IMG/VR virus record: IMGVR_UViG_3300035515_000417
Coordinates: 23,961-87,960 of that record
Origin: a virus
Lineage: Duplodnaviria > Caudoviricetes
Strand: one strand, 5' to 3'
DNA: 64,000 nt
Shown: in pieces, positions 11,176 through 20,548 of the stretch
Numbering within the stretch: position 1 is the stretch's first letter
Layout: each line of letters opens with the position of its first letter
The notes under the pieces: generated by a model
What the model was told of the DNA's origin: nothing
Databases searched by the model: none
The model's input: the letters and a program-made list of their open reading frames with translations, nothing else
Translations under genes and position numbers: made by a program

Positions 11176-12615
11176 ATGGTAAAGTACTTGATAAATGAAA
11201 ATTTTCATGGATATGAGAAAGCAGACATAGGAACGGATGAATTAAATGAACTGAGAGACAGTTTAGTGATTGTAGTAATTAATAAGAATTGTGATAATGA
11301 GGTAGGAAAATATTATAAAGCAGTAAGTAATTTACTTAAGCATAATAATAGAGTAATAGCTATAGGAATAGAAGACGAGAACAGAACTTTTAAGACAATA
11401 GCAGCTTTAATGGTAACCTTTGAGGCATATGATATATATGAAGTACATGCTAAAGAAGATATATCAGCACCATATTTACAAAGGATAGAGGGTAGAAATC
11501 CTGATATTATAGAGGTTCAGACATATATAGGTGGAGATGTTACAGCTTATGCAGATATGCAGACAATACTATTTGCAATACAGAGCCTTGTAGATGATGG
11601 CGATGTAAATGGATTGGAAAAATACGTTGAACAAAATGCAGTAAGCATAGAGAATTTAGTAAATAACTTAAATAAAATGAAAAAGAAATGTAATGAGTTT
11701 AACAGTAACGAATTAATTGATAAGGCTAACAGTTTAAAAGAAAAGGCTGACCAGTTAATTGATAAAATAGCTGAGAAAGATAAGCAGTTAGAGGAAGTAA
11801 AGCATGATAGAGATGAGAAGGAAGTAGAGGCTAATACAGCTAAGAGAGATTTAGTAAAGCTTAAGAACTTAAATCAATCACTTCAAGAGCAGGCTAAGTC
11901 AGCTGGTTCAGTGGTAAATGATTATAAAGAGTTACAGTTAAAGGGTTCTGATGTAAAGTGTAATGCAAAAAGGATACTGTATTTTAAGGAAATTTCATAT
12001 GTAAAGTATATGAATACATTTATAACAAACTTTATGAAATACCTTGACACTAATAAGATTACAAATGTAAAATTATTGATATACGATTCAAATGTAAATG
12101 TATCTGCTAAATATGGAAATTTAACTATAGTAACTGGTAAAGAGTACAATTTACAGAAATCCCATTTGATAAGTGTAAATAAGGCGTTCGTGGTTGCAGA
12201 ACCAGTTCCGGCAATAATAAGTGATATAGTATCGAGTGATAAGTGCTTTGACATAGTTATAATCTATGACAGAATGGGAAAGAAAGAGGACATAGTTACA
12301 AATTCAAGTAACATAACTAAGTTCTATGTGGTAAATGGTTCAGCTGATTATTACAACATAAAGAAAATGTTTAAATTAACATCTACGACAAACATTATAA
12401 CAAATTATGATACATCAATTGAAACAAAGTCACAGACAAATCCAAAGCCATTGGCAAGAGAGTTTTTGGATATACCTTATATAGAGAACTACAAAGGTTC
12501 CACAGAGTCAGCTAAGGCAAGTCAGTATATAAAATTACAATCTACAGTATCTGGAAAGAATTTATTTGACACGATTAGAAAGTTAGCATGGTTGGATGAG
12601 TTCTTCAAGAGGTAG
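11176..12615 (+). CDS. Hypothetical protein with central coiled coil
   Basis: Heptad-rich K/E segment (ELIDKANSLKEKADQLIDKIAEKDKQLEEVK...). C-terminal FDIVIIYD resembles a ParA-like Walker B strand, but no Walker A is seen. Confidence 0.65.
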   Translation: MVKYLINENFHGYEKADIGTDELNELRDSLVIVVINKNCDNEVGKYYKAVSNLLKHNNRVIAIGIEDENRTFKTIAALMVTFEAYDIYEVHAKEDISAPYLQRIEGRNPDIIEVQTYIGGDVTAYADMQTILFAIQSLVDDGDVNGLEKYVEQNAVSIENLVNNLNKMKKKCNEFNSNELIDKANSLKEKADQLIDKIAEKDKQLEEVKHDRDEKEVEANTAKRDLVKLKNLNQSLQEQAKSAGSVVNDYKELQLKGSDVKCNAKRILYFKEISYVKYMNTFITNFMKYLDTNKITNVKLLIYDSNVNVSAKYGNLTIVTGKEYNLQKSHLISVNKAFVVAEPVPAIISDIVSSDKCFDIVIIYDRMGKKEDIVTNSSNITKFYVVNGSADYYNIKKMFKLTSTTNIITNYDTSIETKSQTNPKPLAREFLDIPYIENYKGSTESAKASQYIKLQSTVSGKNLFDTIRKLAWLDEFFKR

Positions 12616-12631
12616 AGAATGGAGGCAATGA

Positions 12632-14866
12632 GTGTTTGGTAGTAAAAAGAATAAAAATAAGAATACACAGTCACAACAAGTTCAACAGCCAAATACAAAT
12701 ATGAATAACATGAATAGTTCAAACAGTAGTAGTGATGACCCATATGGGAACTTAACACCACAGCAGAGAGCATTCATGGAAGAATATAATAACAAGAACA
12801 ATAAGAAAAAGTCAGCTAAGATGAGTAAGAGAAAAGAAAAGATTGACATGTATGACATGATATTTGCCAATCTGATAGCTGGAAATTCAATAATTGAGCC
12901 AAGCCAAAAGTTAGATAACAGTCAGATAGCAATAGGGTTTAGTAATATTTCTTCTGCTGAACAGCTGACAAAATATTATATGATTAGTAAATTTCCAGAT
13001 TTCTTAGCTACACAGATGATTGACCACATAAGAAGTAGATGTATGCGAATAGGTGTTAAAATGAACTTTTACTTCTATGTAAATCCCCATACAATAAATT
13101 GGGACTCATCTGAAATGAAAAACAGAATGGCTATATGGAGAAGATACAGTAATGAGCATGATGGTAACATAGATATTTTCTCTTATAGGACTCAGAGAGG
13201 TGAAGCACTTGCACGTAAGAGGATAATGACATCTACTAAATATTTGAACGAGGCAGAGCTTGAATATAAGAGAAGTTTCTTAAGAGTGTTCTTTATCATA
13301 GAGGTTTCTGCTAAGAGAGATGAGGAAAGTTTAGCTAACATGTCAGAATCAATAAGTATACTAAAGGCAATGTGTAAAGGTTCAGACATAAAGTTGACCG
13401 AATTAAGAATTAACATGATAGATTGGCTGAGAGCTACAAGTCCATTTAGCTTACAGACGTTACCACAGGTAGATGGAAAGTTATCAAGAAAAGTGTTTAC
13501 AGATGATGTATTGGCTAACTTCAATAGCTATAAGCAAGGACGTGTAGGTGTAAAAGGGGTTCCACTTGGTATAGATGTGTTGTCAGGTGGACCTGTAATG
13601 TATCAGTTTAAGTCAGACCCTGATGCAGCAGAGAATTGGTTAATATCGGCTGGTACAGGTGGTGGAAAATCCTTCTGGTTGAAAGTATTAATGACTTACT
13701 TGTTAGCTTGTAACTATACAATGTGTATAATGGACTATGAGGGTGATGAATATAACTCAATAGCAAATTATGTTAGAGCAGGTAAAGCTGATGATGTAAA
13801 GATAGTTTCAATGGGTAAAGGCAGTACAGAGTATTTCGACCCATGTGAGATAGCAGAGTTAACAGGTGACCCAGAGGTAGATAATGAGTCAAAAGAGAGT
13901 GCAATAGGATTTATAATGAGTTTGTTCCGAGTAATAGTTAAGGGACTTGAGGGTGAGTTGAGCAAGGAGCAGGAAAAAGTAATAAGCTTGGCAATCCAAA
14001 GAATGTATGATACAGCTGGTGTTACAGATGATAAGAATACTTGGCATAGGTCAAAAGGATTAAGATTACAAGATGTTTATTTGGAAATAAAGGATATGGT
14101 AGAAAGCAAGGAACTTGTAGATAGCGAGGCAGACAATTTAAAGCATAAAGCAGCAGTATCAATAATAGATACAGCTAGTGTATATTTTGAGCCTGGTGAA
14201 GCAAAAGCTACCACATTCAAAAATCCAATAAGTGCTAATGAATTGTATGAGTCACAGTTGATAATATTCTCGTTTGGTATGAAAGGTGCTTCGACAAATT
14301 CTACAGATAATACAGTATTAGCATTAAAGCAGTTGAGTGTTGCATATGTAAATATTTTGATAAGTAACTATTGTAAGTATGTTAAGCATAACTTCAATGT
14401 TAAAGTCTGGGAGGAATTTCAGAGATACGGTGAGATTCCAGGTAGTGAGGACATTATAGGAAACGTAATAACTGGTGGTCGTAAGAGAGGTGATATAAAC
14501 TTCATCATAACAAATGACCTTGGTGCAATGCTTGATGATAATAACAAGTTAGCAAAAAAGCTAAGACAGAATATTCAGAATTACTCAATAGGTAAGATAA
14601 AGGATAGAGCTGTAAGAGAGGACTTCTGTCAAAAGTTTGACCAGAAAGAGATAATGCCGGCGCTTGATAGTATAGCAAAGGCACATATGGCAAGGCAGAC
14701 AGGTGCTCAGAAATTAGCAGGGTCACAGACCAAATATAAAAATGCATTTTGTATAATACTTGAGGATGGAAAGAAAGCAGTGGTAAAAGCTAAGTTGCCA
14801 AAGGCATTAATCAATTCAAATCTGTTTAAGACAGGTGTAAGAGTTCAGGAAGAATCAAAAGAATAA
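12632..14866 (+). CDS. virB4: VirB4/TraE/ConE-family T4SS ATPase
   Basis: Walker A ISAGTGGGKSF, IMDYEGDEY, YFDP, Walker B region VKVWEEFQRY, GGRKRG motif. Preceded by membrane-protein genes. GTG start after GGAGG. Confidence 0.75.
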   Translation: MFGSKKNKNKNTQSQQVQQPNTNMNNMNSSNSSSDDPYGNLTPQQRAFMEEYNNKNNKKKSAKMSKRKEKIDMYDMIFANLIAGNSIIEPSQKLDNSQIAIGFSNISSAEQLTKYYMISKFPDFLATQMIDHIRSRCMRIGVKMNFYFYVNPHTINWDSSEMKNRMAIWRRYSNEHDGNIDIFSYRTQRGEALARKRIMTSTKYLNEAELEYKRSFLRVFFIIEVSAKRDEESLANMSESISILKAMCKGSDIKLTELRINMIDWLRATSPFSLQTLPQVDGKLSRKVFTDDVLANFNSYKQGRVGVKGVPLGIDVLSGGPVMYQFKSDPDAAENWLISAGTGGGKSFWLKVLMTYLLACNYTMCIMDYEGDEYNSIANYVRAGKADDVKIVSMGKGSTEYFDPCEIAELTGDPEVDNESKESAIGFIMSLFRVIVKGLEGELSKEQEKVISLAIQRMYDTAGVTDDKNTWHRSKGLRLQDVYLEIKDMVESKELVDSEADNLKHKAAVSIIDTASVYFEPGEAKATTFKNPISANELYESQLIIFSFGMKGASTNSTDNTVLALKQLSVAYVNILISNYCKYVKHNFNVKVWEEFQRYGEIPGSEDIIGNVITGGRKRGDINFIITNDLGAMLDDNNKLAKKLRQNIQNYSIGKIKDRAVREDFCQKFDQKEIMPALDSIAKAHMARQTGAQKLAGSQTKYKNAFCIILEDGKKAVVKAKLPKALINSNLFKTGVRVQEESKE

Positions 14867-14885
14867 AGATACAGTGATTTAATAA

Positions 14886-14920
14886 AAAGAGCAAGTTAGA
14901 AAAATACTTGCTCTTTAATT
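14886..14920 (+). terminator. Intrinsic terminator after virB4 (possibly bidirectional)
   Basis: AAAGAGCAAGT-loop-ACTTGCTCTTT perfect 11-bp stem. Confidence 0.7.
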
Positions 14921-14980
14921 CTATCATTAAGATAAGTAAAAGATATATTTTTTATTTTTAAAAGGTGAGGATTGAGAGAG

Positions 14981-15136
14981 ATGTATATTTTATTATTTAT
15001 GTTCATAGCAATTGTGGTTTATATAAAGACATTTAAGGAAAATTTTAATGAGGAAAATATACAGAAAATAGTACCAGAGTTGTTTGCTGCTGGCGTAATA
15101 ATTGTAGTATTACTAATATTAAGTGCAATATCATAG
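14981..15136 (+). CDS. Small 51-aa two-TM membrane protein (absent from the ORF track)
   Basis: SD AAAGGTGAGG at 14961-14970, ATG 14981, TAG 15134-15136. Sequence MYILLFMFIAIVVYIKTFKENFNEENIQKIVPELFAAGVIIVVLLILSAIS. Confidence 0.6.
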   Translation: MYILLFMFIAIVVYIKTFKENFNEENIQKIVPELFAAGVIIVVLLILSAIS

Positions 15137-15158
15137 AGTTTAAGGTAGGTGACAGTAT

Positions 15159-17504
15159 ATGAATTTAAAGAACATGATATCACAAGAGGACGTGGACAGA
15201 GTAAATGATATAAGAAATCATCCACAATTTGAGGCAGGCTTTGATGGAGATTCAGATGACCTGTCAAGTAGTGTAGATAATGAACTTGATAATCTATTTA
15301 CTGATGGTGGCAGTGACTTTGGATTTGATAATGACCCATTTAGTGGGGATGGAAGTAGCAGTTCAAGTTTCAATGACTCATTCGGAAATGATAGTGGATT
15401 TGGTGGTGGATTTACTTCAAATGCAAGTCCATTTGGAAATGACTCAAACTTTGGGGGAAGTCCATTTGGAAGTTTTGGAAACAATCCACCACAGGCTCAA
15501 GCACAGGTACAACAGAAAGATACAATGGATTTAGCCATGGAAGCAGCTTCTGATACAATGAAGACATTAGGCAGTATAATGATGGACCTATTTAAGAGTG
15601 TATCACTAAGAACAGCTGATGATTTTGGATACTTTAGTACAAATATGATAAAAGTCGCCTTAGTAGCAGTGCCAGTATCAGTAGTGCTTGGAATAACAGG
15701 TAGCCTAGCAGGAATAAAGATGCTGTCATTTTCAGGTTTAGGTTTACAAGGCACTTTGGCAGGTGCATTATCACTGACCTCTGGAATAGCAGGTATAGGC
15801 ATGGCATCCTTGATATTAGTTAAAAAGGGTGACGAGGAAGAAGGAACAATAGACAATATACCTGATATAGATACTCATGAGAAAGATAGTAATACAGATA
15901 ACTTTATGAGTGAATTTGAAGACCAAGCAGGTGCATCATTTGATGATATGTTTGGAAACTCTTCAGAGTTTGATGACTTATTTGGTAGTGATGACGACGA
16001 TGATACTACGAAAGAAATCAGTGAACCAGAGCCCGAGGAGCCAGAGGAGGAAGAATTCGACGCTGATTTAGATACTGAAATCATTGATTATAATGCAGAA
16101 CTTGAAAAGATAGATGAAAATGATGTTATATCAAGAGAGAATTTGTTTAATACATTCAAAGTAATGTTACCAACAAATACACCAAAGTTCTATGAACGGT
16201 CAGAGATAAGTGTTGATGATACAAACTTCAAGTTACTAGAGACCATTTGTTTAAAGGCTTTGGCGAACTTAGCTAACTGTGAACTTGAAGAGGTCAACAG
16301 TCACTTAGAGTCAGCTACAGAGGGATTTTTCTCTTATGAGCTTAGACTAAAGAGAATAAATAAAGTTAAAAAGACAGAGGAGCTTGCTAGAGAAATAGAA
16401 AACTATATGAGAGAAAGTAGTAGTGATGAGTCAGTTACAGCTACAGTTGATATAGAGGGTGATTTCTATAAGATAACAGTAGCAAAAGGTGAGACAGCAG
16501 TAGTAACATTTGGTGATATATTTAAAGACCAAAAGAACGTGGACTTCTACCTTGATACAAAGAACAAATTACCTGTTATATTAGGTATAGATGCACTGGG
16601 AAATGTGGTGTTGGAAGATGCTAAGCTGTTTGACAGTATGCTAATAGCTGGTAAGCCTCGTTCGGGTAAAAGTTGGTATGTGCTAAGTATCATATTCAGC
16701 ATGATGCTTTTCAATTCACCAGAGGAAGTTCAATTTTGTATAGTTGACCCTAAGGAATCAAATTTGTTCAAGACAATAGCTCTTATGCCACATGTATTTG
16801 GACTACATAATCACAAACACATACTTAAAATATTAGATGATTTGATAGATGTTGAGGCTCCAAGGCGTAAAAAATTGTTGGATGACAATCGCTGCGATGA
16901 TATATGGGCACTAAATAAGAAAGGAATTAAGTTACCAGTAATATGGCTTGTCATTGATGAGTTTATGACTGTCATAGGTGACTTTGATGAGAAAGAGGAT
17001 AAAGATGCATTCAATATTAAATTAAGAACTCTGTTGAGTCAGTTACCAAGTTTAGGTATACGTTTATTATTTGTACCACACCGTGCAACTGGAGTAGTAG
17101 ATAAAACCCAACGTACACTTTTACAATTTACAGCAGCTGTAAGAGCTGATACAGACGATGTAAAAGATACACTTGGCATACAAAAGTGGGACAGAGCATT
17201 AGTAAAACCTGGTGACATAGCATTAAAAACTTCTACAATGAAAAATGCAAGGTATGTAAGAGGTGCAGCATTGACCACAGAAGATGCAGAAAACACATTA
17301 TTCATTGAAACTGCTGCTAAAGCATTTTATAAAAAGGGTGTTGACATACCTGATATGAGTAATTTAAGAGTAGCTTACAATAGAGATGAGAAATATATAC
17401 AAGAGGAACTTGGTGGACAGGCAATAAGAGTTCAATATAATGCAGCTAATATATTAAAAGACATAGAGGATGATGAGGGCATATCAATCCACTTAGGAAA
17501 GTGA
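15159..17504 (+). CDS. FtsK/SpoIIIE-family ATPase, TcpA-like coupling protein candidate
   Basis: LPVILGID, Walker A IAGKPRSGKS, IVDPK, Walker B LVIDEF, GIRLLFVPHR. Two TM helices flanked by acidic D/F/G-rich regions. Confidence 0.8.
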   Translation: MNLKNMISQEDVDRVNDIRNHPQFEAGFDGDSDDLSSSVDNELDNLFTDGGSDFGFDNDPFSGDGSSSSSFNDSFGNDSGFGGGFTSNASPFGNDSNFGGSPFGSFGNNPPQAQAQVQQKDTMDLAMEAASDTMKTLGSIMMDLFKSVSLRTADDFGYFSTNMIKVALVAVPVSVVLGITGSLAGIKMLSFSGLGLQGTLAGALSLTSGIAGIGMASLILVKKGDEEEGTIDNIPDIDTHEKDSNTDNFMSEFEDQAGASFDDMFGNSSEFDDLFGSDDDDDTTKEISEPEPEEPEEEEFDADLDTEIIDYNAELEKIDENDVISRENLFNTFKVMLPTNTPKFYERSEISVDDTNFKLLETICLKALANLANCELEEVNSHLESATEGFFSYELRLKRINKVKKTEELAREIENYMRESSSDESVTATVDIEGDFYKITVAKGETAVVTFGDIFKDQKNVDFYLDTKNKLPVILGIDALGNVVLEDAKLFDSMLIAGKPRSGKSWYVLSIIFSMMLFNSPEEVQFCIVDPKESNLFKTIALMPHVFGLHNHKHILKILDDLIDVEAPRRKKLLDDNRCDDIWALNKKGIKLPVIWLVIDEFMTVIGDFDEKEDKDAFNIKLRTLLSQLPSLGIRLLFVPHRATGVVDKTQRTLLQFTAAVRADTDDVKDTLGIQKWDRALVKPGDIALKTSTMKNARYVRGAALTTEDAENTLFIETAAKAFYKKGVDIPDMSNLRVAYNRDEKYIQEELGGQAIRVQYNAANILKDIEDDEGISIHLGK

Positions 17505-17516
17505 AAAGTAAGATAA

Positions 17517-19139
17517 ATGGACTTGACAAATAGAAAAATAGATAAGCTTACAATAGTAAAGAGTTTAGGAAATAACAGATGGAAATGCATGTGTGAGTGT
17601 GGAAATGAATACATAGCACTCACACATAACCTACTAAATAATAAAACCCTTAAACAATGTGATAAATGTTACCACAAGAGTAGAGTAAAGGATATGACAG
17701 GAAAGATTTGTGGTAACTGGAAAGTGATTGAATATGATACAAAAGGAAAATGGAAATGCCAGTGTTTAAATTGTGGAAGGACAGAGTTAGTAATAGGATA
17801 CAATTTAAGGTCTGGGCATACAAAATCATGTGGGTGTAATCGATTAATTGATTTGAAAGGCAGAGAAATTGGTGAGTGGAAAGTTGAGGAATATGTGGGA
17901 AACAGCAGGTGGAAATGTAAATGTTCCTGTGGTACAGAAAAGGTAATACATAGTTATGAATTGAGGAATGGTGAGACAAAGTCATGTGGTTGTAAAAAGT
18001 GGCAGTTTGAAAGAGAAACAATGCTTGATAGATATAATGAATTGACAGTAATAAAATCTGATAGTAAGAGAACAAAAGAGCAGATAAGTGCAGTATATAG
18101 TAAAGATAACTTAGAAGAATTTATAAAGAGCCAATTCAATTATAAACCAACTACTTATGAATTGTCAAGAGCACTTGGAATAAATATAGCGAACACACTT
18201 AAGAAATTACACAAGTTTAAGTGTGAGGAACTAGTTGATATTGATTCAAGGCATTCAAAAATAGAGACAGAAATAGTGGAATACCTAAGAGGAATAACTG
18301 ATACAGAAATAATATTAGGTGACAGAGAAGAGTTAGATAGTAAAGAAATAGACATATACTTGCCAGAAAAGAAATTTGCAATAGAGGTAAATGGAATACT
18401 CTGGCATAGTAACATATATAAAGATAGTAAATATCATCAAGATAAAGTGATAAATGCAGGTAAAAAAGGAATACACCTAATACATATATTTGAGCATGAG
18501 TGGTGTTTAGATGAGCAGAGAGATAAAATTAAGAATTTACTATATAACACCCTCACCCAAGAGCAAGAGACAGTAACATCAAGTTCAGATAGCTTGATAG
18601 AAAATATATCAGATACAGAATACAATAAATTCCGAACACTATACAGAACAGATGATGTACGAGGAATAAAAGACACAGAGAAACTTGCAATAAGAATTAA
18701 AGATGCATGTGACGGAGACATGTATAGAACAGTAGCAATTTTAAGTATACTTAAGATAGATAAACCAAACAAAGTAATAATTCCGGACATAACTTGGAAA
18801 GATAACATAGTGAATTGTGAGATACTAAAGAACGTATACAGAAGGTACAATGTAGATACAATAGAAATTCATATAGATTTATCAAAATACAGTTTGGAAC
18901 CATATATAAAGAATAGGAATTTTACAAAAGCAACAATATTATCACCAAGATATCAATGGATAAATAAATATACATTTGATTATATGTCAGATGAGCAAGC
19001 AAAATTAATGATAAACAGTAGTAATATAAAGAATAAGAATGAGGATGAAATAATGACATCTTTAAACTACCTGAAAGTTTATGATGCAGGCTCAATAAGT
19101 TTGGAATATGACGTGAGGGAAAATGAAACCAAAGTTTGA
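17517..19139 (+). CDS. Phage-type putative (homing) endonuclease: Cys-rich N-terminal repeats, HTH and PD-(D/E)XK-like domain
   Basis: Repeats of G.W.V.EY.G...WKC.C.CG...SCGC. HTH-like PTTYELSRALGI. Nuclease-like EIDIYLPEKKFAIEVNGILWHS...GIHLIHIFEHEW. Ends KVYDAG. Confidence 0.65.
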   Translation: MDLTNRKIDKLTIVKSLGNNRWKCMCECGNEYIALTHNLLNNKTLKQCDKCYHKSRVKDMTGKICGNWKVIEYDTKGKWKCQCLNCGRTELVIGYNLRSGHTKSCGCNRLIDLKGREIGEWKVEEYVGNSRWKCKCSCGTEKVIHSYELRNGETKSCGCKKWQFERETMLDRYNELTVIKSDSKRTKEQISAVYSKDNLEEFIKSQFNYKPTTYELSRALGINIANTLKKLHKFKCEELVDIDSRHSKIETEIVEYLRGITDTEIILGDREELDSKEIDIYLPEKKFAIEVNGILWHSNIYKDSKYHQDKVINAGKKGIHLIHIFEHEWCLDEQRDKIKNLLYNTLTQEQETVTSSSDSLIENISDTEYNKFRTLYRTDDVRGIKDTEKLAIRIKDACDGDMYRTVAILSILKIDKPNKVIIPDITWKDNIVNCEILKNVYRRYNVDTIEIHIDLSKYSLEPYIKNRNFTKATILSPRYQWINKYTFDYMSDEQAKLMINSSNIKNKNEDEIMTSLNYLKVYDAGSISLEYDVRENETKV

Positions 19140-20523
19140 TTTAGAGGATATGCAGATAGGATGTGTACATGTAGACAGTTATGATACAAAGAGTTTGTGG
19201 AATTGTACATGTAAATGTGGAAAGAAAATAAAAGTAAAGACATTTAATTTAAAAGAGGCAATCAGACTAAATAAGAATTATGCATGTGAAGAATGTAGTG
19301 CAGAGTTAAGAAGAAATGATATTACAGGTAAACAGATAAATGACTGGAAAATAATAGAATACGTAGGTGATGGATTTTACAAATGTCAGTGTAAGTGTGG
19401 TAAGGTATACAATATAAAAGGTAAGACAATCAAGAGTGGTAAATCAAAGTCATGTAGGGATTGTGGTTGTAAGAAAATGATACAGACCAGACTTGATAGA
19501 TATGATGATATAGCTACCAATGTAAAGGAAAGGCGTACAGAGGAACAAGTAATAGCCTGTAGTAGTTCAGAGGATATGAGAGAGTTTATACTAAATAACT
19601 TTAATCATAAACCAAAAGCATTAGAAATATCAAGATTGTTAGGAATTTCAGAGTGTATGGCATTAAGAAAAATACACAAATTTGGTTTAGATGGATATAT
19701 AGAGATAGATACTGGTTCAGTAATAGAAAGTGATGTGGTCAATTATATAAAAAGTATATACAATGGTAATATAATTGAGAGAGATAGAAAAGTATTGAGT
19801 GGTTCAGAGTTAGATATTTATATACCTGACAAAAATTTAGCTATAGAAGTAAATGGTGATTATTGGCATAGTAATATTTTTAAAAATACATATTATCACC
19901 AAATAAAATCACTGAAATGTTTAGAGGAACACATTCATCTGATACATATATTTGAGTATGAGTGGAAAAATAAGAATAAGAGGGATAAATTAGAAAGTTA
20001 TATAGAGACAAAGCTGAGTGATAGTAATACATTAATAGATATAAATGACACACTAATAAAAGAAATAAACACTGATGAATTAAATAACTTTAGAAATAAA
20101 TACGACATACATGAGTATCAAATACCAGATACAAGTATGAATATAGGATGCTATTACAGTAATGAGTTAATAGGAATAATGACATTTAACAAAATAGATT
20201 CAACTAATAGGACCAGGTATAAAATACTTGCAAATTGTTGGAAACCACATATAGAAGTAAAGGCTGGACAGAGTAAATTATTTGAATACTTAACAAGAGA
20301 ATATAGACCATCCTCAATAGTAGTTTATGTGGACTTAGCAAAGTTTACTGGAAACTCATATGTAGATGAATTAGGATTTAGAGAGATAGAGATAACAGAG
20401 CCAAATTACATATGGCTGAATAATCAGACATATGAAATAATAGAGGATAATGAGATAAATAATGGATACTTAAAAATTTATAACTCAGGCAATCTAAAGT
20501 TAGAGTGGAAAGATAAAAAGTAG
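19123..20523 (+). CDS. Paralogous putative endonuclease with C-terminal GNAT-like domain
   Basis: Same architecture: CxCG repeats, PKALEISRLLG, ELDIYIPDKNLAIEVNGDYWHS, HLIHIFEYEW, then IVVYVDLAKFTGNSY..LGF...PNYIW...KIYNSG. Overlaps the upstream gene by 17 nt. Confidence 0.65.
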   Translation: MKPKFDLEDMQIGCVHVDSYDTKSLWNCTCKCGKKIKVKTFNLKEAIRLNKNYACEECSAELRRNDITGKQINDWKIIEYVGDGFYKCQCKCGKVYNIKGKTIKSGKSKSCRDCGCKKMIQTRLDRYDDIATNVKERRTEEQVIACSSSEDMREFILNNFNHKPKALEISRLLGISECMALRKIHKFGLDGYIEIDTGSVIESDVVNYIKSIYNGNIIERDRKVLSGSELDIYIPDKNLAIEVNGDYWHSNIFKNTYYHQIKSLKCLEEHIHLIHIFEYEWKNKNKRDKLESYIETKLSDSNTLIDINDTLIKEINTDELNNFRNKYDIHEYQIPDTSMNIGCYYSNELIGIMTFNKIDSTNRTRYKILANCWKPHIEVKAGQSKLFEYLTREYRPSSIVVYVDLAKFTGNSYVDELGFREIEITEPNYIWLNNQTYEIIEDNEINNGYLKIYNSGNLKLEWKDKK

Positions 20524-20548
20524 TCTAGTAGAGAAAGGAGTAAGGGTA

